A stretch of 64,000 nucleotides of DNA from assembly GCF_006345805.1 (NCBI RefSeq), contig NC_042998.1:196602001-196666000 (forward strand). Reading direction: 5' to 3'. A model generated the notes under the pieces. That model was not told the origin of the DNA. It saw nothing but the letters and a program-made list of their open reading frames with translations, and ran no database searches. The DNA comes from Octopus sinensis (Eukaryota). This document shows positions 1 through 12,832 of the stretch, piece after piece (the stretch's first letter is position 1; each line of letters starts with the position of its first letter). The position numbers were made by a program, and so were the translations under genes.

Positions 1-152
1 TTGGAGATTTGTGGAGGATTAAAGTGGTGACAAAAACAGGACAGTGAGAACAAAACAAGTAAAACAACTGGTAAGGGCTGTTAAGCGAAAACAGGATGGT
101 GAGAAGAAAACAATAAAAACAAAATAATGTCGAATGAATGAGAACAGAGTCC

Positions 153-478
153 TTAATACACGTTGCAGAGATCTTAAAACTGAAATAATTTGTCTCGCAA
201 CAGAAGTTTCACACTCATCTGATCATCAGGTGGAACTAACATGACACAGTATTGGTGGCACATGTCTGAGATTTGGTCAAAAAAGTATTGGGTCTGTTGC
301 CATGGCAACAGAGCTAAGGCACAGATTGACCAGGAGTTCCAGGAATGCTTCCATCAATGGAAACGATGCTGGATAAAGTGTGTGGATTCAGAAGGAGACT
401 TCTTTGAAAGGGATTCAATGCTGTTGTAGTTGCCTTTTATAGCACTGGTCCCAATTCTTTTTGATCAGAACTCGTATT
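153..478 (+). mobile_element. Mariner transposase 3' remnant
   Basis: ORF 241..429 ends FQECFHQWKRCWIKCVDSEGDFFE, resembling the mariner C-terminal W..RW.KC...G.YFE motif. Confidence 0.7.
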
Positions 479-1265
479 ATATTATAATGTATTATATATG
501 TCATCCACATCATCATCGTCGTCCTTTAATGTTTGCTTTCCATGCTGGCATGGGTTGGACAGTTTGACTGAAGGTTTGCAAGCCAGAAGGCTGCACCAGG
601 CTCCAATCTGATGTGGCAAGCTTTCTAAAACTGGATGCCCTTCCTAATGCCAACCACTCAAGAGTGTAGTGGGTGCTTTCTACGTGCCACCTGCACGGGT
701 GCCAGTCAAGTGGCACTGGCATCGACCACGCTAGAATGGTGCTTTTTATGTGCCACCAGCATGAGGGCCAGACAGGTGGCACTGGCGCTGACCATGTTTG
801 AATGGTGCTTTTTACATGTCACCAACACAGGGGCCAGTTAGGCAACAATGTGTATATCATCATCATCATCATCAACGTTTAACGTCCGCTTTCCATGCTA
901 GCATGGGTTGGACGGTTCAACAGGGGTCTGGGAAGCCAGAAGGCTGCACCATGCCAGTCAGATCTGGCAGTGTTTCTACAGCTGGATGCCCTTCCTAACG
1001 CCAACCACTCCAAGAGTGTAGTGGGTGCTTTTTATGTGCCACCGACACAGGTGCCAGACGAGGCTGGCGAAAAGTAGAAAAAGATAAATAAATAAAATGA
1101 AAGGACTTAAGGTAAAAAAAGGTAAAAAGAAAAGATATCTAAGCAGCAAGGATGCTGGGGGGGTTGGAAATGTGTGAGTGTGTGGGTGAGTTTGTGTGTC
1201 GTGGGATGGAGGTGAACCCCCCCCCCCCAAAAAAAATAGAAGCAATTATTGATAGATTCCTTTAC

Positions 1266-1410
1266 CGGGTAGAGGACTTTGCGAATTTTAACCATTTGCT
1301 TTGCTTTTGTTTCCATCAGATCCACAAGGTTGTCAATCTCCGTCTCAAGATCTTTGTGTAATTGGCTCTCACAGGTTTCATTATACAGTTTCGTTAAATT
1401 CTGGTGTTTC
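1266..1410 (-). CDS. CEP57: CEP57-like exon G (145 nt, phase 2-0), microtubule-binding domain part 2
   Basis: Acceptor gattgacag|G, donor CCG|gtaaag. Encodes (W)KHQNLTKLYNETCESQLHKDLETEIDNLVDLMETKAKQMVKIRKVLYP; seen in ORF 1107..1421. Confidence 0.88.
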
Positions 1411-1508
1411 CTGTCAATCAAATATTTTAAAGATTCAAAATTTAGTCAAAAATGACTGAAACAAGTAAAAGAAATAAAGAATATTAATTACTACTATTAT
1501 TATTATTA

Positions 1509-1728
1509 TGTGAAGTCTATTTGCCACTTAAATGTGGTTAACCACTAAGGGTGGAAGATATTGTAGCTTGTAGCCCCAGGAGAACATCTCCAGCTGGCTA
1601 TTGACACACTTTCTGTGCCCTATCGTGTGTCAATAGCCAGCTGGAGAAGATGTTCTCCTGGGGCTACAAGCTACAGTAGCATCTACCCTTAGTGGTTAGC
1701 CACATTTAAGTGGCAAATATACTTCACA
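1509..1728. repeat. Near-perfect palindromic element (about 100-bp arms)
   Basis: tgtgaagt...gctattgacacac / gtgtgtcaatagc...acttcaca. The core is shared with 7915-8195 and 24745-24935. Confidence 0.85.
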
Positions 1729-2530
1729 TTATTGTGCAGCTACTGTTTATAACTCATTCAGAGATTTATTATTACTACTATCATTATTATTATCATTATT
1801 GCTGCTACTGCTACTACTACTACTTCAGTGAATGTGGATTTACATCATCATCATCACCATCTTCATCAAGTTAAAATTCTACATGTGGCATTGGTTTCCG
1901 GAGTGGACAGCCTTGCTCTCACCACTTAAATTACAGGGTGGGCTGAATGCATTTTCCCATGCCACCACCACTAAAGAGATTGTCTCACAGAACTCAACTA
2001 TCCTCTCTACACTCAGATTTTATTTGGAGTTGCCTTCACTATGGTTTACAAAATTTATATCCAGACTGATAATGTGTCAATTCACAAGGCTAATGTTATT
2101 CAAAATTGGTACAAAGGCATGGGCATGGCTGTATGGTTAGGGAGCTTGCTTCCTAGCTACATGGTTTCGGGTTCAGTCCCACTGCGTGGCACTTTGGGTA
2201 GGTGTCTTCTGCTATAGCCCCGAGCCGACCGAAGCTTTGTGATTGAATTCGGTAGGCGGGAGTTACGGCAGTGTGTGTATAGCTGCTCAGTGCCTCTCCG
2301 AAAGAGAAAGAGGGAATACAAGAGCAAAGCAGGCCACATGAACTGATCCTTTCAATCACCAGAACTCAATATAAGCAAACAGTTATGGTAGACTTTGGAG
2401 CAATAAGTGGGGAGCCACTTCTTTCGGCCAGAGTCACTGAAAGAAGTAAAGCAGGTTTCACTTAAAGAACGGTACAAATTCCCGTAAAAAGCATTCATAA
2501 CCTTTATGAATTAATTCCTAAACACATTAA

Positions 2531-2751
2531 CCCTTTCTTTACCAACCCGGCTGAAACCGGCTCCGGCTCTGTAGTACAAATGTCTCATTTTCACAAGATC
2601 TGAATTAAAATCTTCCACCAAACCTTAGTCACAATTTATGTTCCTAACACTAGCTTAATGATAACTAAGTTATTTTACTAAATTCTTTGTTGTATTTAAA
2701 GTAATTGAAAGAAACACAGAGCATCTCAAAATAAATACAGTAACGAAAGGG
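2531..2751. mobile_element. piggyBac-type MITE
   Basis: TTAA flanks and ccctttc...gaaaggg termini. An inverted copy split by a SINE lies at about 62046-62733, and a related TTAA element at about 20011-20227. Confidence 0.8.
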
Positions 2752-2829
2752 TTAAAGCTGTGACTGATGCCAAAGGTAAAATCAATTCTATATTAAATAA
2801 TATAACTTCCATTTAACGAGGTGATTCCA

Positions 2830-5215
2830 TTATTTTGTTCAGCCCCTGGAGCAATCAAACTTCTTGATCAAGTTATGAAGGTCACAGAGAAAGTCAGAGG
2901 CCAACTGATCCTTAATAGTGTAGACATGGATGTGATGCAGTTTGGTTTTGTCCCTGGAAGTGGCACCACAGATTCAATCTTTCTAGGGAGACAATTACAG
3001 AAATTCCTGGCTAAGAATAAACTGCTACACTGGGCTTTTGCTGGTTTGAAGAAAGTCTTTGACATTCAGTAATCTGGTGGAGACTGAAGAAACTAGGAGC
3101 AGATGAATGGTTTGTGCAGGGGGTTCAAGCCACGTACAAGGATGCGACAAATGAGGGTTGGCAATGACTTGAGGGATGAATTCAGTATGAACATAGGGAG
3201 TACTTCAAGGTTCTCTCCTCAGTCCCCTCTTATTCATTGGTCCTGCAATGCCCATCACAGAGGAGTTTAAAACAAACTGTCCATGGGAACAACTATACGA
3301 TGATGATGATCTAGTTCTCATAGCTGAATCACTAAGGGAAATTGAGAAGAAACTACAGGCATGGAAACTAAAACTGGAATCGAGAGGTCTTAAGGTAAAG
3401 ATGAAGGCTTTAGTAAGACCTTGGTAATTTTAGAGGAATGGCCCTGTTTGATAAACGAAAAAGGAGTAGGTATAAACTCTTTACACTTATTTCTTTATTG
3501 CCCACAAGGGGCTAAACATAGACAGACAAAGGGATTAAGTCGATTATATCGACCCCAGTGTGTAACTGGTACTTATTTAATCGACCCCGAAAGGATGAAA
3601 GGCAAAGTCGACCTCGGCGGAATTTGAACTCACAACGTAAAGGTGGATGAAATACCACTAAGCATTTCACCCAGCATGCTAACATTTACTCCATACACTG
3701 TACTTGATGTAAGGTATGGATACACAAGAGATGTAGAACAAGCACTGGCTGATTATCTGAAAATGTCAGCTTCATATGTAGTAGCAGCACTGGAGCAGTT
3801 CATACAGGCATCCAGAAACTGAGTCTCTTAAATACCCAGATGATTCATTAGAAGTAGTTGTTAGCTTTTGTTACTGAGATGTAATTAGCAAGGGAAGTGG
3901 TGTCTCTGGAAGTATTGTAGGCACAGTGAGAACTGATTGGAGAGAGTTCAGGGAGCTACAATCCCTGCTGATAACAAAAACGAAGATCTTTCCTGTAAGA
4001 GTGAAGGACAGACTGGGTGATGCTTGTGTCAGAACTGCAGTGCTGCATGGTGGTGAGACATGGGCCTTAAATGCAGATGGAAGACTGGAAAGAAATGAAG
4101 TGAGCATGCTCTGCAGAATGTGCAATATGAGTGTGCATGAAGGAGTTGGTAGAAAGGGCATTGGAGAAATGAAATGTGTGAAAGAAAGAAGACTGCACTG
4201 GTATGGACACACGATGTGTATGGATGAGGATAGCTGTACAAAGAAGTGGTGATCACTAAATGTGGCTGGAACTTGCAAAAAAAGGGATGGGACAAAGTGG
4301 TTAAGGCTGACCTTAGGACTCTGAGCTTGATGGAGATGACAAAGGACCAGTATCTCTGATGATATGAAGGGTGGCATGCATAGGCGACTGCTGGTCTTCC
4401 ATAAACAACCTTGCCCAGATTTGTGCCTTGGAGGGGAACTTTCTAGGTGCAATCCCATGGCCATTCATGACCAAAGGGGGTCCACAAATCCCTTCAGGTA
4501 GATGGCCCTGCTCAATCTGTAGAAAAGGTGTAAATAGAAACACAATAAGATCCACCCAGTGTAAGCTTTGGACACATAAAAAGTGCAGCAACACCAGAGG
4601 AAGGTTATCGGGGAAACTTTTGTATGTGGAAGGTGCACAGGTACAATAAACACTGAAAATGCACAGAAAATAGACTCCATCAAGTACCAGTGGGGTAAGC
4701 TAGAGGTAGTAGATAGCTTCTGTTATCTTGGTGATCAAGTTAGTAGTGGAGGTGGATGATCCAAGAGTGTAGCTGAGGATAAGATTAGACTGGGCAAAGT
4801 TCAGAGAGCTCCTACCTCTACTGGCAACAAAGGGCTTCTCTCTCTCAAAAGGAAAGGCAGATTGCTTGATGCCTGTGTGCAAACAGCTATGCTACATGAC
4901 AATGAAACATGGGCTGTGACAGCTTTGAACGTGCGTAGGCTTGAGAGAAATGAAGCCAGTATGCTTTGCTGGATGTGCAATGTCAGTGTGCATGTTCGAC
5001 AGAGTGTAAGCGTCTTGAGAGAAAAGTTGGCCATAAGAGGCATCAGATGTGGTGTGCAAGAGAGACGACTACGCTGGTATGGTCATGTGATGTGTATAGA
5101 CGAGGACAGCTGTGTAAAGAAGTGCTGATCTCTGTGGAGGGAACCGGTGGTAGAAGTAGGTCCAGGAAGACATGGGTCTTCAAACTTTGAGCCTCACAGA
5201 GGCAATGACTGGTGA
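2830..5215 (+). mobile_element. Cluster of decayed RTE-clade LINE fragments (RT and post-RT), interrupted by SINEs
   Basis: FGFVPGSGTTDSIF, LY.DDLVL, RTAVLHGGETW and ERRLRWYGHVM motifs across frameshifted pieces. Confidence 0.85.
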
Positions 5216-5804
5216 CCGAGACTGTTGATGTGCTGTGCTTGAGAGGACCTGTCAAGCCAAGTGCACTCGTGCTGGGGGCACATAGAGAACATCTTTTGAA
5301 AGTTTGGGCCTCATGGAGGCAAAGTGGCTGAGTTACATTTGAGTGTTGGGCCTCACGGAGGCAATGACCAAAACCTTTGACTTTATGTTGTGCTTGGGAG
5401 GAGGACCCATCAAGCCGAGCAGAATCGCAGTGATGGTAAATATCAGTGTTATGCAAATCAATATCCGTGCCGGTGACATGTAAACGCACCCCAGTGTCAC
5501 TCAAATGGCACATAAAAGCACCCATTACACTCTTGGAGTGGTTGGTTTTAGGAAGGGCCTCCAGCCATAGAAAACCCTGCCAAATCAGACTGGAGTCTGG
5601 TGCAGCCTTCCAGTGTGCCTCTCCTGGTCAAACCATCCAACCCATGCCAGCATGGACAACGGACATTAAATGATGATGATGATGATGATGGGTACAAGCG
5701 ACAAGCGTGCACAGAACCCAGAACCGTGCAGTTTGTAAGCAAACTTCGTAACACACCATCAAGCACAAACACAACTAAGTTCCACAAACAATGGCATTTC
5801 CTAC

Positions 5805-6019
5805 CATGTCAATTGACAGAATTCTCTTTGGAGTTGAGCAAACAGGTCTTGGAGGTTATTACAGTTCAGCAAAGAAGAACTTGCACAGTCTGTCGAAGCG
5901 GTACCAGTAATTAGTCTTTTGTTTGCCGAAGAGTCGAGATGCTGACATTTGCTGTGTGGTTTCGTTAAAGTGAAAACGTCCTGCATGTTAACATCGGCGC
6001 CATCTTGATGGGTTAACGA
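5805..6019 (-). CDS. CEP57: CEP57-like exon F (215 nt, phase 0-2), linker plus start of microtubule-binding domain
   Basis: Acceptor tctttctctttccag|TCG, donor ACATG|gtagga. Encodes SLTHQDG...CNNLQDLFAQLQREFCQLT; TG plus the G of the next exon makes Trp. Confidence 0.9.
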
Positions 6020-6428
6020 CTGGAAAGAGAAAGACAACGGAGTTATCCTTTATTTTTTATTTGTTGCAGTCATTAGACTGCGGCCAGGCTGGGGCACCAC
6101 CTTGGAGAATGGTTGGTCAAACAGATCTACCACCCCCACAAGACTTATTGTCTATAAAAGCATGCACATACACACATCTCTCTCTCTCAATATATACACA
6201 CACACACACACACACACATATAAATATAGTTCTGTATTTAAGAGATGAGGAATTATTTACATTATTTACATTTGACAGATATTTGTCTTCATCTTTGTTG
6301 TTAACACGTTTCAGCTGATGTACCCTCCAGCCTTCAGTCAGGTGTCTTGGGGAAATTTCGAACCAGGTATTGTTCACTGTTATTATTATTATTATTATCA
6401 CTACTACTATTATTATTATTATTATTAT

Positions 6429-6678
6429 ACGTGGCATGTAAAAAGCACCATCCGATCGTGGCCGTTTGCCAGCCTCATCTGGCACCTATGCCGGTGGCAC
6501 GTGAAAAGCACCCACTACATTCACGGAGTGGTTGGCGTTAGGAAGGGCATCCAGCTGTAGAAACACTGCCAGATCTGACTGGCCTGGTGCAGCCTTCTGG
6601 CTTCCCAGACCCCAGTTGAACCGTCCAACCCATGCTAGCATGGAAAGCAGACGTTAAATGATGATGATGATGATGATG
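6429..6678 (+). mobile_element. Most abundant short retro-element family (RTE-associated SINE-like), representative copy
   Basis: Internal repeats gtgccggtggcacgtaaaaagcac, then gttaggaagggcatccagctgtagaaac and a (GAT)n tail. Roughly 30 copies on both strands, e.g. 512-850, 14105-14615, 15440-15735, 30940-31500, 45360-45650, 52455-52930, 59615-59940, 62105-62600. Confidence 0.85.
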
Positions 6679-7747
6679 TCACTGCCTGGTATCAAACTCG
6701 GAATATTGGAGTTAGTAGCCTGCACTTTTAACCACTACACTGAGGGGTACATCAGCTGAAATGTTGTGTTAACAACAACCAAGATGAGGACAAATATCTG
6801 TCAAATGTAAACAATGTAAAATAATATATATACAATGGGCTTCTTTCAGTTTCCATCCACCAAATCTACTCACAAGGCTTTAGTGGGCCTAAGGCTATTG
6901 TAGGAGACACTTGTCCAAGGTGCCACACAGTAGGACTGAACCCGGAACCATGTGTTTGAGAAGCATGCTCCTTACCACACAGCCCTACATGTGCCTATAA
7001 TTGTGGACAGTATTTGGAAAGATTAAAATTTGAAAATTAAATATAAAAGTAATTAACAAACAAATGAACTCAGCAGAGAAATTTAACCACCATCACCACC
7101 ACTGCTGGCCCCACCACGACCAAAATTGTTTGAATCATCATCATCAGCATTTAATGTCTGTTTTTCATGCTAGCACGGGTTGGGCGGTTTGACCAGAGTC
7201 TGGGAAGCCAGGAGGCTGCACCAGGCTCCAGTCTGATCAGGCAGTGTTTCTACAGCTGGATGCCCTTCTTAACGCCAACCACTCTGTGAGTGTAGTGGGT
7301 GCTTTTTACATGCCAGGGGAGGCTGGCAGCGGCCACGATCGGTTGGTGCTTTTTACGTGCCACCGGCACAGAAGCCAGTCAGGGCAGCGCTGGCATCGGC
7401 TACGTTCGGATGGTGCATTTTATGTGCCACCGGCACAGGTATCACAACTACAATTTTCACTTGACGTTGATGTTGATGAATAAGTTTGTATTTTGTGGGG
7501 GGAATGAAAAAATTGGCATTTTGAGGACTGTCCCTTTAGTCTGAGAGAGAGGGAGAGAGAGAGAGGGAGGGAGTGAGTACAATAATCTCAGATTGAAAAG
7601 TCATCCCTAAAATATCAGACCCCTCTCCTGGTTACATCAAACAAACTTTTCTAAGTTCGTGACCATGTTGAAACGTCCTCATTATCTTCAGCTACCATAA
7701 TGGTCTCTGCATAAACACTAACTTTGAAATAAAGTTTACTCACTTAC

Positions 7748-7822
7748 TTTTAAGGCCGTCTCTAATCTTTCCATTTGTTTTTTCTCTATTGCCAGGGCTT
7801 GTTCCAAAAGCTTAATCCGTTG
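7748..7822 (-). CDS. CEP57: CEP57-like exon E (75 nt, phase 0-0), coiled coil
   Basis: Acceptor tcttttctcttttactag|CAA, donor AAA|gtaagt. Encodes QRIKLLEQALAIEKKQMERLETALK; too short for the ORF track. Confidence 0.85.
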
Positions 7823-8624
7823 CTAGTAAAAGAGAAAAGAATTTAAACTTCATATAACAGAAAATTACCAATTTTTAAATCTCACAACGAAAGATATTCA
7901 CCAACAGTTCTTTGGAGTAAAGACTGTTTGCCAACATAACATGGCAGTCCTGGTTTAATTTAGCCCCAGGAGACATCATGTCCAGCTGGCTATACGACAC
8001 GATCTGTGTCCCTATATTTTCGAACAAGGGTATCTAGCACCCCCACTCAGCTCAAAACAATATCCGTGTATAGTGATTTCTGTTGTATAGCCAATGGAGA
8101 TGATGTCTCCTGGGGCTAAATGACAGCAACATTCATCCTAAACCAGGACTGCCATGTTATGTTGGCAAACAATCTTTACTTCGTAAAACAGCATAAAATT
8201 CAAGGTTGATATTTACTCTCTCATTGTTCATCATCATCATCATTTATCGTCCATTGTCCATGCTGGCATGGGTTGGACAGTTTGACCAAGGCTGGCATGC
8301 TGGAAGGCTGCACAAGACTCCAGTCTGATTTGGCATGGTTCCTATTGCTGGATGCCTTTCCTAACGCCGACCACTCCGAGAGTGTAACAGGTGCTTTTAA
8401 CGTGTCACTGGCACAGGTGCCATTTGCTTGACACCAGTATCTGCCATGACTGCAATTTTACTTGGCTTGATGGGTCTTCTTAAGCATGACACAATGCGAA
8501 AAGTCTCGGCCATTGCCTCTGTGAGGCCCAACATACAGAAAATAAGAAATGGTTGTTTGAATCAAAGAATGTGTATTCTATGTAAATGTGTCTGTAAAAT
8601 GCATTTTTGAAAGTTGAGAATATC

Positions 8625-8890
8625 AGAACGCCCTGAGAGAAAAGTTGGGCATAAGAAGCATCAAATGTGGTTTGCAAGAGAGACGACTGCACAAGTATGG
8701 TCATGTTCTACATATGGATGAGGACAGCTGTGTGAGGAAGTGCCACACCTTAACAGTGGAAGGAACCTGTGGAAGAGGTAGACACTGGAAGACATGGAAT
8801 GAGATGGTGAAGCATAAACTTCAAACATTGGGCCTTGCAGAGGCAATGACAGGAGACCAAGAGCTTCGGAGATATGCTGTGATTGAGAAG
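8625..8890 (+). mobile_element. RTE LINE 3' fragment
   Basis: QERRLHKYGHVLHMDEDSCVRKC...GRGRHWKTW (ORF 8645..8908). Confidence 0.8.
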
Positions 8891-9477
8891 ATCCGGAAAC
8901 TAAAGTGAGGTTGCAGCCAAGTATATCCAGCCCAGTTAAGTGTACCCTGTACAATATCATAGCTGTGGCCACTGGCTCTTCACTGGCTCCCATGCCGGTA
9001 GCACGTAAAAAGCACCATCTGAACATGGTTGATGCCATGCCCACATGACTGGCTCCTGTGCTGGTGGCACATAAAAAGCACCAACCAAATGTGGCCAATG
9101 CCAATACCTGCTAACTGGCCCTGCAGTGCCGGAGGCATGTAAAAAGCACCAATTGAGCGTGGTCATTGCTAATCCCATCTAACTGGCTCCCGTACTGGTG
9201 GCACGTAAAAAGTACCCACTGTAGTCTTGGAGTGGTTGGCATTAGGAAGGGCATCCAGCCGTAGAAACATTGCTAGGTCACGTTGGAGCCTGGTGCAGAA
9301 AGTATACAACCCTAGTGTTGATCTGCTAGAAAAAGCAGTCCAGTCTCTCTTAAACTACACCCTACCACAGTAATCCCTCACCATATTGCAATTAACCTAT
9401 CGCGGTTTATTATTTAAGCTTACGCTGATTCCTTCGTGGTGTTGTTTTGCATTTATAATAAAATAAATATATACACA

Positions 9478-9718
9478 TCTTTATATATAAAAGTAAGGTT
9501 GTGTGTTTGTCTCCTACGATTTAGATTCCTAACTACTCCCACATTTTGTGGGTATTAGCGTGCGTCTACGATGAGTCTACGATTTAAAAAAAAATTTACC
9601 ATCATTTTTATTCCCATTTTTAATGCATTTCTTTGCTATTTTTTGGCTATAACTCTCTAAAAGTGCTTATATAGTTATTTCCCTTACAAACCCAAGCAAC
9701 GCCAGGCGATACTGCTAG
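9478..9718 (+). mobile_element. Non-autonomous Helitron
   Basis: A|TC 5' end, subterminal GC-rich hairpin and CTAG|T 3' end, no TSD. Confidence 0.75.
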
Positions 9719-9772
9719 TTATTAAAATAAAAAAAATTTACAGTACAGTACTGAAATTAATGGAATACTTAC

Positions 9773-10020
9773 TTCAGCCACATTTTGAATAATCGACAGT
9801 TGTAATATTTCTCGTTCAAGTCCTGTAATTTGGTCCAGAGATAATTGATGCGTTGAGGATTGATGAAGTGTTAAAGTTTTACTGCTCTTTTGATTTTCCA
9901 GCTCTTTCTGTAGGTTTACCTTGTTTTGCTCTGCCTTCAAAGCCAATTGCCTCAGCTGTTCTAAGTTTTTCTTCAGCAAAACACACCTTGATTTAATTCT
10001 GGCTATTGATGCAATTACAT
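9773..10020 (-). CDS. CEP57: CEP57-like exon D (248 nt, phase 1-0), centrosome-localisation coiled coil
   Basis: Acceptor tctcttcatccag|AT, donor GAA|gtaagt. Encodes (D)VIASIARIKSRCVLLKKNLEQLRQLALKAEQNK...LEREILQLSIIQNVAE. Confidence 0.9.
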
Positions 10021-10755
10021 CTGGATGAAGAGAATAATTTCGAGTATGTAATAAATACATATTTCATTCAAATTTTTTATGCATGTTTTTCCATGTTAAC
10101 ATAGGTGAGACAAAAATGAGGTTTGTTTTATAGCCAGATGTCCTTCCAGTTGCTAACTGTTCCCTGTTTTTCAAGCAAGGGATCTCATATGTTAGAAGTT
10201 ATTGAGGCAGCAAAGCTGGCTGATGGTTCATTGATAGGCAATGGCAACAAACACAGACATACATGCTGTATAGTGAAAGTGGTAGTAAAAAGCCATTATA
10301 AATAGACCAGTAAAGGTCGAGAGTATGTGTCAACTGTGTTGATAGTCGTGTCTGTGTTGATATAGTAATTATCCTGTGATACTGAGTGGATATTATAACG
10401 AACCAATTTTTTTGAGGATAATAACACTCCATGACTGGGGGGTCGTACAGTGCCAGATAGAACCATTCTATCGACAACTTTGGACTATAACAATATCTGT
10501 CAGAGCGACAACCGTCATCAAAAGACAGATACACAAAGTGGCAAATGACTGCTTTACAACAATACATATATGCACAATCACACATAACCAGCTTCTTTCA
10601 GTTTTCATCTATCAGCCCAGGGCCATAGTAGAAGACACTCGCCCAAGGTGCTACCCAGTGTGACTGAACCTAAAACCACATGGATTGGGAATTGAAAATT
10701 TTAAAAACACAGCTCATGATAAACGGATGCATATATCAAAATGCTACTATTTTAC

Positions 10756-10932
10756 CTTGAGGATGAGTCCATCTTTCAGCTGTTGTTTCATTCCTTGAAC
10801 TCCTTTGTGAATGATTTTTGTGATCATCTGTCTCAGTAGAGGCGCACTGTGTGGTATGAGTTACAGCTTGGCTAGGTCCAGATTCCAAAATATCAACATG
10901 CTGCTTATAACTTTTTAGACCATTCATTAAAG
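10756..10932 (-). CDS. CEP57: Module U1 exon B (177 nt, phase 1-1)
   Basis: Acceptor gatttctttccag|CT, donor CAAG|gtaaaa. Encodes (A)LMNGLKSYKQHVDILESGPSQAVTH...NETTAERWTHPQ. Confidence 0.88.
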
Positions 10933-10956
10933 CTGGAAAGAAATCAACAAAACATA

Positions 10957-11467
10957 CCGTAAATCCTCGAGTATAATCCGCATTTTCCCCAAAAATTTAA
11001 AGGTCAAAATCTCTAGTATGTACTATATACGAGGTTAAAAATGAAAAATATTTTCTAAGCAATGTCCAAGTCTCTATTTGCTGTCCGGCAATGTTTATTC
11101 AGACGCATTTTGTGATGTCGGGCGCGAAAATACCTTAAGCTAAGCCTAAAAGCAATGAAGTCATAAAAGAATCATCCATAACTTGCAGTAAGCAACATTT
11201 ATTAAACGTTATTACTGTTATTTCTTTATTTTCTGCGAACAAAATGCACAAAAAAGCTACACGTTTGTATTACGTTATATATACAATAATAATAAAGGAC
11301 GTTAGCGTATACATTTTTACAAACCAAGGACGTTATATAGACCTCCTTGACTCAAGTTAGAGAAGGGGTGCGTATTATACACAAGGTTTAGCGTTTTCAG
11401 AGGTACAGCTCCCTAAAAATCCACTGCGTATTATACACAAGGGCGAACTATACTCGAGGATTTACGG
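10957..11467. mobile_element. Tc1/mariner-pogo-type MITE
   Basis: Perfect 19-bp TIR ccgtaaatcctcgagtata / tatactcgaggatttacgg, flanked by TA. Confidence 0.85.
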
Positions 11468-12112
11468 TACGTTTGGATATAATATAATCTTTTCTACTTT
11501 AGGCGCAAGGCCCGAAATTTTGGGGGAGGGGGCCATGGTACTTAATTTATTGACCCTGAAAGAATGAAAGGCAAAGTTGACCATGACAGAATTTGAACTC
11601 AGAACGTAAAGACACACGAAATACACTAAGCATTTTGTCTGACATGCTAATGTTTCTGCCAACTTGCCACCTTAATAATAATCTTTTGTACTCCAGGCAC
11701 AACGCCCGAGACTTCGGGGAAGGGAGCCAGTCGATTAGATCGACCTCAGTATGCAACTGGTACTTAATTTATCGATCCCAAAAGGATGAACGGCAAAGTC
11801 AACCTTGGCAGAATTTGAACTTAGAACATAAAGACAGACGTGCCAAAATTTTTTTTGTGAATGAAATTGCCTGAAAATTCCCAGAAACTATTATTTTGTC
11901 CTAAATAACAACTGAAAAAAAATTTCATTGAAATCCGTTTGATAAAGATTGCATACGCATTAAGAACATGTTTCATTCTTTGATACAGATCATACACAAA
12001 TCACAATTTGTATCACAAGTATTTGTTTTACACCCTTACAAATTAAGGGTCAGTTTGAACAGACGATCAGCATGAATGGGTTAAAGTAATACAAAGATAG
12101 AGAATGGTTTAC

Positions 12113-12278
12113 CTTCTATGTTTGTTTCAGAAAAAGTGTAGACTGGTTTATCAGAAGTCTGATGATCATCGTTGATTGAAGGCTTTGTTGTTGGAAGTTT
12201 CTTGTAAGAACCAGTGCTGATATCAAAAATCTGATCTGAGTGTGGTCTGACATCACAACAGCTGGGAGGACTAAATAT
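12113..12278 (-). CDS. CEP57: Module U1 exon A (166 nt, phase 0-1)
   Basis: Acceptor ttttctttggtacag|ATA, donor ATAGAAG|gtaaacc. Encodes IFSPPSCC...DQIFDISTGSYKKLP...SDKPVYTFSETNIE. Confidence 0.88.
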
Positions 12279-12832
12279 CTGTACCAAAGAAAACAGAGAC
12301 TCATGTAACACAACAAAAACTGCACTGGAATAATAAGCCTTCCTTTCCTACATGCTTGGTCACATTTCGCTGAATGAAGGGAAACAACACAGAGCTGTGA
12401 GGACATTCTTCTGTCCTGCAAGGTACAAGGCAACCTCACTCATGTTGGTGCCACAATAAAATGTACCGAGTACAATCTCTAAAGCAGTTGACAGATTACA
12501 TTGTTGAGCAGACTCTTTTAGTCTTCTTAGGGGATGACTAAGTACGTTGGGGCCATAATAAAATGCACCCAGTACACTGTATAAAAAGTCTGGTATAAAG
12601 AAAAGGTTCCAGTGTAGAATTTATGCCAAAATAAAATCTACAGAGCAAGATATATATTTTGCACAATTTGTACTGAGTAATTCCATAATGAAGTTGAAAC
12701 AAACCTGAAAACACTTGGTCGTCTACTACTACTACTACTACCACCACCACCGTTGCCATGACTACTAGCGTTCCTAATCCTCAAATTGTCCCCAATCATG
12801 TCTAGGAGGGCAACTGCTCCTAATAAGTTTTT

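Noticed and set aside
1-77. Possible next exon after G (minus-strand cag|CCC..., open to the window edge)
   Set aside because: The open frame is explained by T-rich composition and has no CEP57-like character; more likely an intronic pyrimidine tract. It cannot be settled without the flank.
11962-12085. Block shared with about 31962-32062 as evidence for U1/U4 co-duplication
   Set aside because: It ends in gggttaa like the TTAA-type MITEs, so independent insertion of a repeat end cannot be excluded.
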